Notes: generated by a model from the letters alone, not told the origin. Positions 1 to 14,733 are shown, counted from the stretch's first letter. The stretch: 64,000 nucleotides of DNA from Parasitella parasitica NRRL 2501 (GCA_025201805.1 MU619272.1:68515-132514), one strand, 5' to 3'. A program made the numbers and translations.

Positions 1-15
1 CGCACACCAAATCTC

Positions 16-1033
16 CTACGCTCGACAAATAGCATGACTAGATGTGGTTAGTTGTTGCATGTGTCGATTATTCTGCAATTCGATTTGATCGACTTTCAAC
101 GGAACGGCGCTATCATTGAATAAAACTGGTTTTATAAAATCAGCAGTAAGCGATGTATCTGACAGCTTTAATTTTTTCAATTTGGTGCCTCTAGGTACGT
201 TGTTGAAAAACTCAAACAAGGTTTTGTCACTGATCTGTTGTCCCTCTAGTTCGATTTGTGTTAATTCCAAGCAAGCGGCGGGATCATGAGGAGTGAGTAA
301 TTTCGATAATGTGTTTCCCAGTTCGGCAGTGAGTAGATCTCTACAGCTAATAATTGTTAATGATTGCAGTCTTGGATGAGTCTTGCAGAAATCAAGCAGT
401 TCTTGAGGAGTGACAGCGTCCATTTGGATCAGCTTTATAGATTTGAGGTTTCTTTGTGGTAACGTCATGAAAGCAGATGCTAGTAATGGAGTTGTTTTGA
501 GCGTGACATGTTGAAGCTGTGCAAGGCCGGAAAAATCGCAATCCAACATGAATGGATAAGAATCAATGCCGCCCATCCATAACGTGTGCAGCTCAGTGTT
601 ATATTTAGTTATTTCTTGGATAGTCTCTGTTTTTAATGTAGTTGGATGTCCTAGCGTCATTTCTACGATATTTGGGCAACATCTGACTAGTTTAGATGCT
701 CTCATGTCAATGCCGTACTTGTTTACTGGGGTTAAATCGATGGACCTGATGAAGCTTCCGTACGGCAGAATTGAGTTAGGTGATGTTACAGTTTTGACAA
801 AACTGATGAAGGTTAAATAATTCTTGATGCGATAATGTCTATTTTAAAAGCTTAAGTATCAATTTGGGGAGGAGGGAGAGTGTCGCTGCATACCTATACA
901 AAATTTGACATACAAAATAGGCCCATGATTTGTTCACCGTAATAGCAACCTTTGTGAATGAGCTATCGCTATTGATTTCAAGTGCATATTTGCAAATAAC
1001 TTGTTGCAAATCTAGAGGTATTTTAGGAACCAT
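16..1033 (-). CDS. F-box-like / leucine-rich-repeat (RNI-like) protein, 2 exons
   Basis: N-terminus MVPKIPLDLQQVICKY...VNKSWAYFVCQILYR is F-box-like. A GT..AG intron at ~893-839 joins it to the LRR-like ORF 16..705 (LVRCCPNI, HPRLQSLTIISC). Confidence 0.7.
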
Positions 1034-2525
1034 TTGAACCTGGGATAATGTGTGAGAAGAATGAGAAGGCAAAGTTTCCACAAAAGCAAGACCAAAAAGA
1101 ATAGCCGCAATCCCTAGTTGTCGGACCTCCATCACAGGTCAATGCGCTTCACTTGCATCTGACACTTTTAATCTTGCCTGCATTGTGGTCACCGAAAGGC
1201 TATTTATCACCAATTCAACTGCCCATAGCTACACTAATTGGGCTTTCAAGAGTTATATTTACTATCTGGTGCATCTCTATTATGAGAATAGTAGTCAATT
1301 TTCTGTTATAGTGTATTTTAGTCGAAAGCATTCCAATTTACCCTAACGTTGATATTTATTGGCATGGAATTATCAAGCCCCGGAACATACACTGCGTAAT
1401 TTAAATGTAAATGGAAGGAATCGGCTTATATTTCTGACATGTTGAACCTAACATGTAAAAGCTTCAATATATTAAGAAAAATATAGACGAGTCAGCACAA
1501 ATTAACGCATCGGCTTCATATCAAAACATGTAACATAGGAAAACAGAGCAATTTTTTTTCACAATATTCAACGTGATTTTCTACAAACTACAATATGGAG
1601 ATTATTTCTCAACATTTTGCTAGCCATGCAAAATTGTTTATTAATTTTGCGCATGTCTTTTTTCTTTTCTTTAGCTGAGCTCGCATACCGTATTTCCGTT
1701 TTAATTCTTGATCCATTGTTTCAGCCATCTACTCCAGATATGATAAAAGTGTTCTTACAAGACCCTGCTATTTCATGAAAAAAAAGTCAAACACAATAAC
1801 AGTTGTACTGGTCCAAATGGTGTAACCAAATTGAATTTCATGCCAGTGCACAGAGCCTCCAATAAACTGCCTAGGATCTTGCTCATCATCGTTCAGTTGA
1901 TGCGATATATATTGAAAAGATAAGATAAAAGGCTTGCGAGCAATCGGAAATTCTGATCATTTGCTTTAATATGCAGTTTATGCATAAATATCTTTATTGC
2001 TGAGAAATCAAGTTCTTGTTGATTTTATATTTTATCATGGTAAGAAGACAGAAGATACGCACCTTATCCATCAAGTATTGCCATGAATACTATTTTTATT
2101 TTTTAATAAAATGAGATTGTTGCGCCATCAATAAAATGATTGCGTGCAATGTTTATTTCATCAGATATTGACGCTTTTTACACAAATCGGGCTATATATT
2201 CTTTCCCATATCTTGGATTTTAGTCTTTTAAAGGGTAGTCAGCATATATAATACTATGAATACTTTTATACGTTACAATAGCTAAATAACACAATATTTA
2301 GGCTTATTGTTCCTTGGATTAAGCAAGGACAACGAGTTTGCCAGCTACCAGTGTAACCTTTAATATCCTGATATAGAATTTGGGGCAGAATCGCGCAATC
2401 ATTTGCTAAAATCAACTAAATAATGGTTAATACTATGGGAAAATGTGATATTTCGATAGTATATATAAATAACAAGTTCAATAGGGTATTCCACTGATAT
2501 CTATCAAAGAAAAGCATACTTAAAA

Positions 2526-3811
2526 ATGGCCCCTCCTAACACTGACGTTATTATTCAAGAAATTGAAAAACTCAACCTTCAAAATCTTGCTCGCACCAAG
2601 GGAAACTATCTTGTCTACCCTGATGACAAGGTAAGCTGTTATATAATCTAACTTGAGAATGCTTACTCATTTCTATATGTATTCATCCAGTATCCTGAGC
2701 TCGAATTATTTGATCATCAAGATCCTGGACATCGTGGTGACCCTGCAAAAGCTTCCCTCTTCAAGAGTGCTGAAAAGGTCTTTGATTTAACCCCTCATAT
2801 CGGTACCGAAATCCATGGCCTTCAATTAAATGCTTTGAGCGATACTCAAAAGGATGATTTGGCCTTGCTGGTTGCTGAGCGTGGTGTTGTCTTCTTTAGA
2901 GATCAAGACATTGATGTTTATCAAGCTCGTGAATGGGCCAAGCATTTCGGCCCTCTGTAAGTTGTTATACCAAGCAAATTTAAAGGGCAATTTACTAATA
3001 GTTATTATAGTCATGTACACAATACATTCGGCCATCCTCCTGGTCTCCCTGAAGTTCACGTCGTTTATTTTGATACGGAAACTCTCAAGAAATACAAAAC
3101 TATCGGTGGTGTTAACCTTCAAGGAGCTAGAAGTGCTGCTGATGGCTGGCATTCAGATGTTACATACGACAATCAGCCTGGTGGTCTCACTTTGCTTAAG
3201 GTAACAGTTTAGCATATACATAGCTCTCATGAGTTTATTACTAATCCACTATACAGATTGATACTTTGCCACAAACTGGTGGCGATACTCTTTGGTCATC
3301 TAGTTATGCTGCCTATGACAGGCTCTCTCCTGCTTTCCAAAAATTCGTTGAGGGTTTAGAAGCTGTTCATTCCGGTCAACAGCAAGTAGATGAAGCTATC
3401 AATGCTAATCATGTTGTTCGCCGCAAGAATTGGACCTCTATCCACCCTGTTGTCCGTACTCATCCTGTTACGGGCTGGAAAGCTCTCTTTGTCCAGCCTG
3501 GATTTACTCGCTCCATTGTTGGTCTTTCTAAGCGTGAATCAGACATTGTGCTCCAATATCTCTTTGACCATATAAGCGGTGGCGTCGATTTCCAAGTTCG
3601 TTTCAAATGGGAGGAAAATAGTGTTGCCGTTTGGGATAATCGCGTAACTAACCATAATGCTGTATTCGATTATCTCGAGTTTGGAAAGAGACATGGCTGG
3701 AGAGTTACTCCTCAAGGTGAAAAGCCCTACTTTGACCCCAAGAGTAAGTCTAAGAGACAAGATCTTGCCGAGAAAGCTGAAGCAGAAGCCAAGAAGAATG
3801 CCGCCAAGTGA
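2526..3811 (+). CDS. TauD/TfdA-family Fe(II)/alpha-ketoglutarate dioxygenase (taurine/sulfonate dioxygenase, JLP1-like), 4 exons
   Basis: Motifs LTPHIGTEIHG, WHSDVTY (HxD), PQTGGDTLW, HPVVRTHP and WDNRVTNH. Three GT..AG introns. Confidence 0.92.
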
Positions 3812-4095
3812 TACAAACACAGTTGTACTATTATTATTATTATTATCCAATCCCTCGAATATCATCAATAAATAAAATGTATCCTAAATTACACATTCCA
3901 GTAACTTTACTTGCCCCAAGTGGTTCATCTATAAAATATATAATGGTATGCCTCATACCTTTGCTACAGAGCTGTCGTGTATCAATTGAGCTGCTTGAGG
4001 TGGGCCGAAACACCTGACTCGTGTAATGCGTGGCAATAAATTGTAAAATTGGACGACAGCATACCAGTACCTTTTTCTTTATCAAAGAGCAATAA

Positions 4096-5736
4096 ATGGA
4101 TCGTCTTCCACTTGAGGTGTTCAACGAAATTACTTCCTACTTGACATGCAGAGAAAAGCAAAAGCTTTTGCTAGTTTGCCAATATTGGCACAAGGTGATA
4201 AAAAATGGCAACCTATTCAACAATTTCTCGACCAAAGGCCGCCCAAAGTTTGAAGCTTGCGCATCATTTTTCGAGCAGAACGAGACTCACAGAAAACAAG
4301 TTAAAATCTTACGCTTCACCAAGCCAGAGGCTAGTCTTGATTATATCCTGACTATACCTGAACGGTTTCCTTGTTTACTGGACTTTGTTTGGGCTAATTA
4401 TGGTGCTTCCGATTACAAAAATGGTGTCCAAATCGACAATGAAAAAGTTGAGCACTGGAGGAATCTCACTCGGTTTGGCGAAATCAATCGCTATCCTCTG
4501 TCGATAGATATTTTGAAATTTGGTGGATTTTGCAACCTGACTCAATTGACAATCAACTTTCATTTCAGCGATACCGATTGCAGACCGCTTGTTGAACAGC
4601 TTGCCTATGCTCCGAAGCTTAAGCTGCTGGACTTGGCGAGTGCTAAAATGACGCTGGTTGACTTGGAATTGTTACACTGCAACACACCGCAGTTAAATAC
4701 GCTTTACTTAAGCCAAATCATGCAAGAGCGAAGCGAGGCATTCGACGCGCAACTAGAGGAACAAGAGGCAGGAATGGGAGCCGTAAGTAAGGCCAACGCA
4801 TTGACAAGCTTAAGGGTCCGAAACATGAGATTGCCTGCTGGCGGTTTTGGACTTTTGGCTCCCTGGATGACATACATGGCTGGAAAGTACCGCCACATAG
4901 AACGTTTGACAATAGACGGCGTGGGAATGATAAGGGGAAGGCAGGATTACTACGAGAGTCTATTGGCAAACATTGTAACTGGATGTCCTCATCTCACATC
5001 ATATAGAGTCAACATATTCCCAATTACACCAACCCTCTTGGCGGCAATGGACAAGAGTGGCGCCCAATTGAAACGAATCGACCTGGTAGAAGACCCAACC
5101 GTGGAGCAATTGGGCCATCTAATGAGCTCTGGCCAGAGCGATTCTTTAGAGACAATCACTATGAATGACACACACCTCGATGCGAATCAACTTTTCAAAG
5201 AGTTGGAAGGCTTCTCGAAACTCAAGCATCTGGAAGTTGGAAACAGAGTTATGAAGCCTATCTTCCTCGATGCTGCGTTTCATGGATTAAAAAGTTTGGA
5301 GACACTCAGGTTATCGACATGGGACATTTGCCTTGAATCTCACTCTGTGAGCAGTGTTCAAACCAAGTTGAGAAGCCTGACGCTGGAAAAAGTAGTGATA
5401 AACAACGAAGACATGAACGTTATGTCGTTCATATCTAAAGCATGTCCTGATTTATCCAAGTTATCAATCCAAGGGCAAATCGAGGATCTAAACAAAGTGT
5501 TCAGAGTGGAATTCCCCCACCATTACTTTACCCTGATCAAGCTCGACATCTTGAGCAATGAATACTACAAAGTGAGCAATCACCACAAAACCGTATGGTA
5601 CAGATTCAAAGACAGACGCCTCCAGGAATCATTGCAAGACGATAATGCTGTCCTAAACGAACGACCACACGTTTCAATTGTGTACGAAGGCACAACTAGC
5701 TTGGACGTTGGAGGGACCGACATCCCAAACTGGTAG
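4096..5736 (+). CDS. F-box/LRR protein (intronless)
   Basis: 546-aa ORF with an N-terminal F-box (MDRLPLEVFNEITSYL...LLVCQYWHKVI) followed by LRR-like repeats. Confidence 0.85.
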   Translation: MDRLPLEVFNEITSYLTCREKQKLLLVCQYWHKVIKNGNLFNNFSTKGRPKFEACASFFEQNETHRKQVKILRFTKPEASLDYILTIPERFPCLLDFVWANYGASDYKNGVQIDNEKVEHWRNLTRFGEINRYPLSIDILKFGGFCNLTQLTINFHFSDTDCRPLVEQLAYAPKLKLLDLASAKMTLVDLELLHCNTPQLNTLYLSQIMQERSEAFDAQLEEQEAGMGAVSKANALTSLRVRNMRLPAGGFGLLAPWMTYMAGKYRHIERLTIDGVGMIRGRQDYYESLLANIVTGCPHLTSYRVNIFPITPTLLAAMDKSGAQLKRIDLVEDPTVEQLGHLMSSGQSDSLETITMNDTHLDANQLFKELEGFSKLKHLEVGNRVMKPIFLDAAFHGLKSLETLRLSTWDICLESHSVSSVQTKLRSLTLEKVVINNEDMNVMSFISKACPDLSKLSIQGQIEDLNKVFRVEFPHHYFTLIKLDILSNEYYKVSNHHKTVWYRFKDRRLQESLQDDNAVLNERPHVSIVYEGTTSLDVGGTDIPNW

Positions 5737-5904
5737 TTTATAACCCGGGAAAAACTCGTTTTGAAATGTGTAATACTAGCGCGGCAAGACAGCGTATTTC
5801 TCACCCAAAAGTGTGGCATAATCCGAAACACCGAATACTGCCATATAATAATAAACGCTTTCTCTTTTTGCAGCCTTCTCTTTTATACTTCATTCTTCTG
5901 CGGC

Positions 5905-8490
5905 ATGTCCGACTCCAGCTCGGAAGAAGTGTTTTTCGATACACACGAGTCCATTATTCCCAGTGCAAAATGTAATTGAACGGTGTGCATATTCATAGAA
6001 TCACAAATTGACTTTTTCTTCTCCCAATAGCACAGCAATCCGTTTCTGGAGATGACTTGCCAAAACCTAGAATAGAAAATCATTTGTATTACAAGAATCG
6101 ACTTTCATTGAATTCTGACTACATATCAAGCTCATCTTCCACCAAAAACGACAAAAAGTATCACAACCGAACAAGCAGCATTACCTTTGAAGAGCATCAG
6201 CATGGCAAGCCTCCTCATTCAACACTGACAGCCAGGTAAATCCGCAAAGTAATGCATTTGTGGCTGCACGCACTAAATGTAGCCAACAGTACGCATAGTT
6301 ACCAAAAGCACACAAGAGTGCATAGTTGGTCTGAATCCAGCTACAGAAGCGCATCTCCATTTTCGTCCATTGGAAGACGAAGCCATGATTCCAACCGAAC
6401 GTCGTTATTGGTGGGTGTTCACAACCAATATCACCCTGCTAGTCAAAAAACACCGCCTCACGAGAAGCCCTATGTAAAGGTAAACACTTGCATCTATTGT
6501 GTGTCGAAAACAATGCCAAAACAAACCAAGGTGGTGACCTTTTCTATTCCCCCAAATAGATCAAGACGAAAATCAAAACAAACAAACGGTTTAGTCGCAT
6601 TGTATTGGCCCAAACATTGGCTGTTGACACAACAGAGGTGTATGCGACAACTGGCCTAAAGATAGAGGATAAAGGTGCAGAGGACTCAAAGCAGCCTATG
6701 GGAGCCATTTGGGTAAGCCGATTCAGTAAGGATGGAAAATACATGGCTACGGGCGGCCAAACCTGCGTCGTCAATGTGTGGAAAGTGCTGCGGGATTTGC
6801 AGAGAAGCAATGATGTTCAAGTGCAAGACATCTTACCCCACGAACCGTCGATTAAAGTGTTTCATGATGCGCCTGTCCAAACGTATGTGGGACATACAGC
6901 GGATGTGTTGGATATCAGTTGGTCAAAGGTAATCTATTCTGCGTGCTTGCTGACAACCGTTGAGCATTGACTGACATATCACAGAACAACTTTTTGATCT
7001 CGAGCTCAATGGATAAGACTGTGCGGTAAGTACATTGGGAGGCTTCCTTGTTGCTAGCACCGTGCACTAACCGATATAAAACTTGATGCAAGGCTGTGGC
7101 ACATATCTCAGAAAGTGTGTCTGTGCGTTTTTAGGCATATGGATGTTGTCACTAGTGCCAAGTTTCATCCAAAGGTATGTTGCATAGGATGGCAAAAAGA
7201 ACGTGGTATTGTGAAATTCATGTCAAAGACTAGGACGACCGGTTCTTTCTCTCGGGGTCGTTTGATTGCAAGGTGCGATTGTGGAGCATTCCTGAAAAAC
7301 GAGTGGCATTTTGGAATGACATACCTGCGGGAAACATGATCACGGCTGTTGGATTCACATCGGATGGCAGAACTGCCTGTGTGGGTGCGAATACAGGAGA
7401 TGTATTCTTTTTTGAAACGCAAGGGCTTAAATACAATACTCAAATTTTGGTAAAAAACCACCGACATAAACGAGGCAAGAAAGTAACAGGGATAGAGCCT
7501 ATGCCTGGTATGCCATTGGGAGAAGAGCGTATCCTAGTTACCACAAACGACTCAAGGATATGGATTATCAACATGAAGGATAAGAGCTTTGTCTACAAAT
7601 ACAAGGGTATCGAGAACCCAACACTGCAATTGCGAGCATCATTCAGCGATGACGGGCGTTACATCATTTGTGGGTCAGAAGATGGATGTGTGTATCTTTG
7701 GTGTACAGATCAAGTCAGTTACTCGCCTTTTCAGCACTGGCAAGATAGTCGCTTAAAAGCTGCTGTTGCTCTAGGGCATCTAGGCGATCAAATGCTGCAG
7801 ACAGCAATGCAGAATGGCAATTTTTCAGACGATCAACAAAGTGGTCTATCAGGCTGGCTGAAGCGAGGCGAACGACGCATGATTGACAAACTGCGAAGCA
7901 GAAACGAACACTTTACCGCTCATCAGCACGTTGTAACTGCTGCTATTTTTGCACCCACAAAAACTAGACAACTTTTAGCTAAAGCCGGAGGAGATATTAT
8001 ATTCGATAACACACCTGTATATACCCATCGAGAGCCTCATAGCGACATAGACACAGACGATAGTAGCCTAGGATACTTTGATACCCTATCAGAACCAAGA
8101 AGAAACCAAGCTCCATCACAAGTTACCAGTGTACAAAATGCTTATGAACAAGAACAAGACATAGACGAGCTCAGAAGGATATTAATGAACGAATTTGAAG
8201 AGGCAACTCAGGAGGAAAGAGATCGATTCGACTATCCTGATAGCCAAATCATTATATCTGCTGATTTACATGGCGCAATCAAAGTGTGGCGTATGGACTC
8301 GGGGTTCTACCCGAACGAGACCGATCAAGAATTGCTTAACGAAGAGGGCAACATTGTTATTAACGACGGCGGTGATGCATTGGCAGCAATGATCTCTCTT
8401 TGTAATAAGGTTGAAAACGGGGAAACTTACAATAACAATACACCTCGCAAAAAAGGGCCTTTCGCAAATTTCATTGCTAGATTCAAATGA
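5905..8490 (+). CDS. WD40-repeat protein, WDR44/YMR102C-like, multi-exon
   Basis: Motifs AIWVSRFSKDGKYMATGG, GHTADVLDISWSK, SSSMDKTVRLW, VTSAKFHPKDDRFFLSGS and LVTTNDSRI, spread across spliced exons. Confidence 0.88.
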
Positions 8491-9651
8491 TACAATATAC
8501 CGTATATCTGTTACAAGTGTTTCTAGCCTTAAAATAAAATCTGTTATTTTCATAGAAATTAGCTGCTTTTTGCAAATAAGCTTTGCTGTGATGTCTGTAT
8601 CCGATTTCTTGGCCTTGATCTGTCAGTATTCACGGGGTCTGGTGTCGATTTGAGTAAAGCGCTGATCAGAACTTGGTCCTGTAACCGTTAAGTTTGGTTC
8701 ATGATGAGCGACCAAGTTTGGAGACCGCCCATCTAATTTCGCGCAGTTCGCCAAAGAGTTCCTGGTGTGGATTGATTTGAACAAGACATCCCAATGCACG
8801 CGCACAAACCTTACGCATCCACGGACGCCGTGTCCAATCGATGTTATAGACGTTGGATATCGTATCTTTCATTTTGGTGTCCATTTAGGGTATTCTCAGA
8901 TAACTAGATGTTGTGCTGACGGTATACAAATCCTTTGCAACTTTCACATTCAAGTTGAGATTGACGTTTGTAATCATGTAATTGTTACCCTGAAACAGTC
9001 TCCTTGCATCTGAGTTGATAATTGTTGTTGTCGATCAACTTCATTGAGTGCCTCGGCAAAGGTACGTTTTTGGTAGGAAAGGAATTGCTTTGAGCTTGAC
9101 ACATTTTCCACCAGATTGTGAGAGTGGCATTTGCAACCAGAGATAAAGGAGCGAGGAAGTTGTATCCAATTTCATCATCACCAAATAAGGCCATTAGATG
9201 AATAATCATCCCTTTTGTAAATATGCATTGAAGAAAAAAAGGTTTATATTGTTATTTTGTACGTGAAATCTTTTTTATAGCAAGCCCTTATTCATCAACA
9301 AGTTGACGGAAGCCTTATGGTAGCGGTATACAAGTTATTTGATATCGCCATTGATCGTGCATCTTTCACAGATTATGGCTGCATCTCAATTTCAAGTTTA
9401 TAGAGACTGTACAACAACAGCAGAAAGCCTCAAATTTAAGGTTTCATTGCAAATCTTGCTGTAGACAGATAACGAATTTCAGCAGTGTTACAAGGTTCTC
9501 GGAACAGGATGTACTATGTATGCACAATCTTCCACTTTAACCGCCGCGTTGCTTTTGCTTGTTTCTGGCTGACAGTCGCAATCAATTGGAAATGTGGGAT
9601 TTTTTTTCGGGTGTGTGAGCAACAAAAATAAGAGATCTTACATTACAGTTA

Positions 9652-9694
<43 letters not shown>

Positions 9695-9715
9695 CGCTTT
9701 TTCCCAATTGTTAAC

Positions 9716-12700
9716 ATGGCTCATGAAAGCAGACTACGAAATCAAATCGAGCTTTCACCTGCAGAAAATGAGGAGGCCAATTTGATATCTGATAGCCATA
9801 CACATTATGGTGCAACTACGGCATCCACCGCCTCAACCAAGAATTACGAAGAGCCTTGTTCCGAGGACAGCAGTGAAGAGATGATATCAACTGAAAATGT
9901 GGCAAGTAGAAAAAAGAAACGGCTCATAAAGCATCATCATCCCAAAAGACCAAAGCTAGTGTCGACTTTATCTCACATTGTGCGAAGTGCTCGACAATCC
10001 GAGGATGAAGACGATGCTAATAATGTTGTTGAGATGCCTTCGAACGATCTTATTATTCCTGAATTGGATCCAAAGTAAATAACGTTATGCTCTAGCTAAG
10101 AAAAAAAAAAGATACAATCACTTATATGAAACAGTGCAGACGAAGTCCGAGAATACATACCTTCTCCTTTGAAGCCAACAGATGGCTGGACATTGAGGAA
10201 GCACAGTGTGAATCTCAGTAACATAAGAGAAAACTACCGAGATGCACGCATTCGCGATAGGTAAAAGGGCCTAATATTAGTGTGAATGTATCTAAATGTA
10301 TGCATTTAGAAATGGCAATGTACCTTTAACTGGCATCGCAAAGGTCAAAAGCATACTCAAGTACGATGCTTATGTATCTGAAGCCAAAAGAATCCTTTTT
10401 GCCAACCGTAGTATCATTTTATTCGTGAGTTGCGCATGAAATTTCGTAGGCAGCAGCATTCTGAACTTCAGTTTGTATAGGTTTACACTGATTTGATTGT
10501 GGATGTTTTATTGTGCTTGGCTTATCTGGTTGAAATGAAGCAAGAAGCTGATATCAATGCATACCCTCCGTGGATGTATAAATGGAGGTCTTACGATCTT
10601 TGGTTTTGCTGCACAGTGTTAAGTCTATGGAACCTGGGGTCATTCATTATGCGAATATTTTTGACTGGAAGACCGTTCTCGGTCATGTTCAGTTTTAGGT
10701 CACTGATCGAAATTTTTACTACCTACCCATTTATAATATCATTGTTCATTGACAATGGTCAATATTTATACGGTAAGACACGCATTAACCGTATGCTCTT
10801 AAAGATGATACTGATGTCCATTTTGAATAGTGCCCTACTTTCTGCGAAGTTGGGTTTTGCTATTACGGATCAAAAGTATATTAAAGATCAAAACAAATTT
10901 ACTGATGACAGATAAGCCTGTGGATCCGTTGAAGTCGAAGCTGGTTCATTTAGTCGGTACGCTGGTGGCCTTATTATATAACGGCATGTCCGCATTTCAG
11001 TATTGTGAAGTGACATTTGGAGACATAAATTATTCGATATTGGACTCTTTATATGTTGTCATGGTTACGTTGTCCACAGTTGGTTATGGAGGTTTGTATA
11101 TTACCTAATCCTTGACATGCATACTAAAAAAAAAAGCACACATCCAACAGATATTACTCCTCATACACAAGGCAGTAGAATTGTCATGATGCTGCTCATC
11201 GTCATTTCATTGGCCGTGCTGCCAAGTTTACTGGCTGATGCGTTAAATACCCTTCGAAAAAGAAATGGTAATCTCGAAAAGAATTGGCATACAAAAAGTA
11301 CTAATATGTATTGTATCTCAAGATTGGGGAGGCTATGTATCTGAATCACACATGCCGTTCATCCTTTTGGTAGGCGTATTCCACCCAGAGCAAGTGACAG
11401 AGATACTGGATGGATTCTTGAATACGGTAATTGTAAAAAGTATCAAATATTTGAACGACTGGTGTTAAGATATGGCGCATTTCAGGAGAACACAGAACCT
11501 AATTTGAATGTGGTCTTTTTGGATATCAATAGACCCAACGAAGAATTGAAATTTCTGGAAAGAAATTCAATGTGGGGTCATCGTATCCAGTTTATACATG
11601 GATCAGTGTTAGATGAGCAAACGCTCAAGAGAGTCCAAGCAAGGTCAGCAGCAGCAATATTCACGTTGTCAGATCAACACGCAGTAGATCCTTTAAAAGA
11701 GGATGAAAGGAACACAGTTCGTTTATGGTCTTTACACTGTTACACTGTAAGCCATAATGTAAATATTTATACCTACAATCTGTCTCCATCTACAGCCATT
11801 TATCAAAAAATGGCAAAAGAAATTATATGCGTTCGTGAATTCAAGCAGTACTTGTTAGCCATGAATTGTCGATGCCGAGGTGCCTCTACGCTACTAACAA
11901 ACCTATTACATCAAAGAAGACCTATGGACCACTATGACGAATCATGGCAGGCTCAATATGGTAGGCAATAGAAGTTGGGCAACAGGGTAGAATCTAACAG
12001 TTACAAAAAAAATAAAAATAGATGATGGTTCATGTAATGAAATCTACATGGACAGGCCATCTGAATCGCTTGTCAATTTGTCTTTTAAAGAAGCTGCCTG
12101 GGTTGTATATACAGAATGCCAGGTTATTCTGTTTGGAGTCAAAACGCGCTTGAAAAATTGTGAACATCGCGAGATACTACTGAATCCAGACAACAACTAC
12201 ATTATAAAACATGATGATCTTTGTGTTTACCTATGTGAAAGCCCAAGGGAGGTGGGCGATATAAACAGCTTGGTAAGCAAATATTTACAAACACTTGAGC
12301 TAATTCTAACACGATGGTAGAAATACGACTATGTTCGATCAAAAGTGGACGCAATGAAGATACGAAGAAACGCTGAGGCCAACCTCAAAGCGTCAAGAGT
12401 ATCTGAGCCACCTTATTCATCTGCTTCAAGATCGTCTTCGTTTCAAAATGAATTGCTGCACTCGTTACGAAACAGCACAAAGCTACATACCAGTGAACAT
12501 GACACACCAGATTCTGCCCCTGCTTCACCCAATTTTCATTTAGTTCAAAATACGTGTGCAAACAATAGTAATCAAGTCGCTCAGTTGGAACTACCTCAAA
12601 CCATTAACAATGATTTACTGCTCTACCCGCCTCCTTCAAGACCTCCATCCCCAGGCCTTCATCATTCTGTATCCAACGAATCGAATCAATCTCGATCGTC

Positions 12701-14128
12701 CTCTGTATACCAGTCCCCTCGCCACCAGACTTTTGCACTGTGTAAATTACCAACACCTCGCCTTGCTCTATTGACTGGCAACAGAAAGCTGCTCACGCGC
12801 TTAGGCCAGCTACCAGTTATCAATAGTGCAGATGTGGAAATCGAATCATCCCCCGTGTGTTATTTGCTTCCTAAATCTGCTACATTACAAGAATTGACTA
12901 TTACCTCAGCACAAAATATGAATGGGCATATACTGGTTTGTATGCACCACAAGGTTTCCAATATCTTTAAATTCATATACAATCTTCGGTAACGACGTTT
13001 TTAGAAAAAAAAAAAAAAAAAAAAAAAAAACTATTATTCATCAATGGCTGGATGCATGTAGGTCACCACAATTGAAGTCAAACGAGCTAAAGGACATTGT
13101 GTTTCTGTGCACATCTCTACCGAGCGAAAAAACGTTTGAACTGGTCTGTCGCTTTCCCAAAGTTTATTTCATGGTTGTAAGTATATTCTGGCCTATATTC
13201 TCCCAATTTTTTTTTTTTTTTTTTTGAAAAAACCCACACGTTAATACTATTTTAGGGTGATTGCCAACACCCAGAAGATTTAATCAAGGCAGGCGTCAAA
13301 AGAGCAAAGCAGGTGGTGGTTATGAGGTATGGCATTAAACATTCGAGCAAAAAATTATGGTATTAAAACGGGTAATAGCGAACGAGAGTGTCTTGATCAA
13401 TACCAAAGAAGCTCAGACAGCCCAGCCATGTAAGGACACTTTAATTAAATACTAAGAGTCAGATACCAACATCAATTGCGTAGTATGACGAGCCATTTAT
13501 TGGATCTCTTACTCCAAGATAAACCGCATGACTCCTCTCGCATCGTAAATTTAGGTGAGACATCATATATGAAACCAAACAGCTGCAGAATACTTAAAAA
13601 TGTTTCTTTTGAAAAGTCGAGAAATCAAACATTAGATTCATGCATTTACTGCAAGGCAAAGATGTTGCAGAAGAAGTAGACGTTTTTTACACGCCCGCCT
13701 ACGCTGCTGGTAACGTTGTAGTGGACAGCCTATTGAGCAATGTCTTGTTGAGCCAAACGTACTACAAATCAGACATTGTCTCCGTCATAAAAGCCCTTTG
13801 TGGCATGCCTGGCCCTCTGTACGATAAAGACACTGCCCATATTTTGGAATGTGGCACTAAAATACGGCACAACCTATTTCAGAATTCTCGCCATTTATCG
13901 CTCTCTGTTATGCCTCCCTGTTTTATAGATAAGAGCTTTGCGTTCTTGTTTGAAACGCTTGTCATGGACCACGAAGTGCTGCCCTTGGGTATTTTGCGTG
14001 CACCAGATGAAAATATGGGAAACGAGCTATCGTTTGTGTACACAAATCCTGTTTCCTCTCTGATTATGAAAAGATCTGACAAAATTTATTTGCTGGCTTC
14101 CCCTGGGTGGAGCTTTTTTTCCAAGTAG
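9716..14128 (+). CDS. Slo/BK-type potassium channel (TM segments, pore, RCK domains), multi-exon
   Basis: Pore TLSTVGYG|DITP across an intron. RCK-like motifs FIHGSVLDEQTLKRV, LAMNCRCRGASTLLTNL, GHILVC and YTPAYAAG; C-terminal VYTNP. Confidence 0.85.
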
Positions 14129-14665
14129 AAAGCATGGACAATACGGTATTTGTGAATAAAATACTCTTGCTGCTTACCGTATTATATGCGCATATAATAT
14201 ATATTGGCATAAAATTGACAGTATAAAAAAGTTTAGACTTTGAGTACACCAAAAGCTTTGATTTGATTGTCAAAAATCAGGTTTTGTCCAAACTGCAATT
14301 TTTCATGAGGGGTATACCTTATGCAAAATGACCAAAAAACCAAGGATTGAAAAAAGTTGAAAGGATAGAACTAAAATTACAACCTGAACAAAAGCACCTT
14401 TTAAAGCCTGACTTGTACTGGATTTTGTGACAAATTCTCACAAATCGCAGAGGTTGTCATGGAATTACCGTATTTTCGTAAAACTAAAAAATAAAGGCAT
14501 ATTGAGTTTTGTCTAAGACTGATATCCGAAAGCAACTTCGACATGTCTGCCAACTAGTCCAACACGTTGTCTTTAAACGATGACTCGTCCTCATATTGAG
14601 CTGCTGAGATCAAGATCTGCGGCAATGCATCCGTCCTGAACAAATGTTCTTTAAGAGACTTGTAT

Positions 14666-14733
<68 letters not shown>

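Noticed and set aside
8623-9209. Small spliced minus-strand gene, possibly with TGA read-through or selenocysteine
   Set aside because: Intron-like signals exist, but every frame I tried has stops and no recognisable motif or SECIS. At best an unidentifiable relic.
14520-14730. Retrocopy or LINE 3' end before a ~60-nt poly-A
   Set aside because: No TSD or recognisable ORF, and long A/T runs are common throughout this window.
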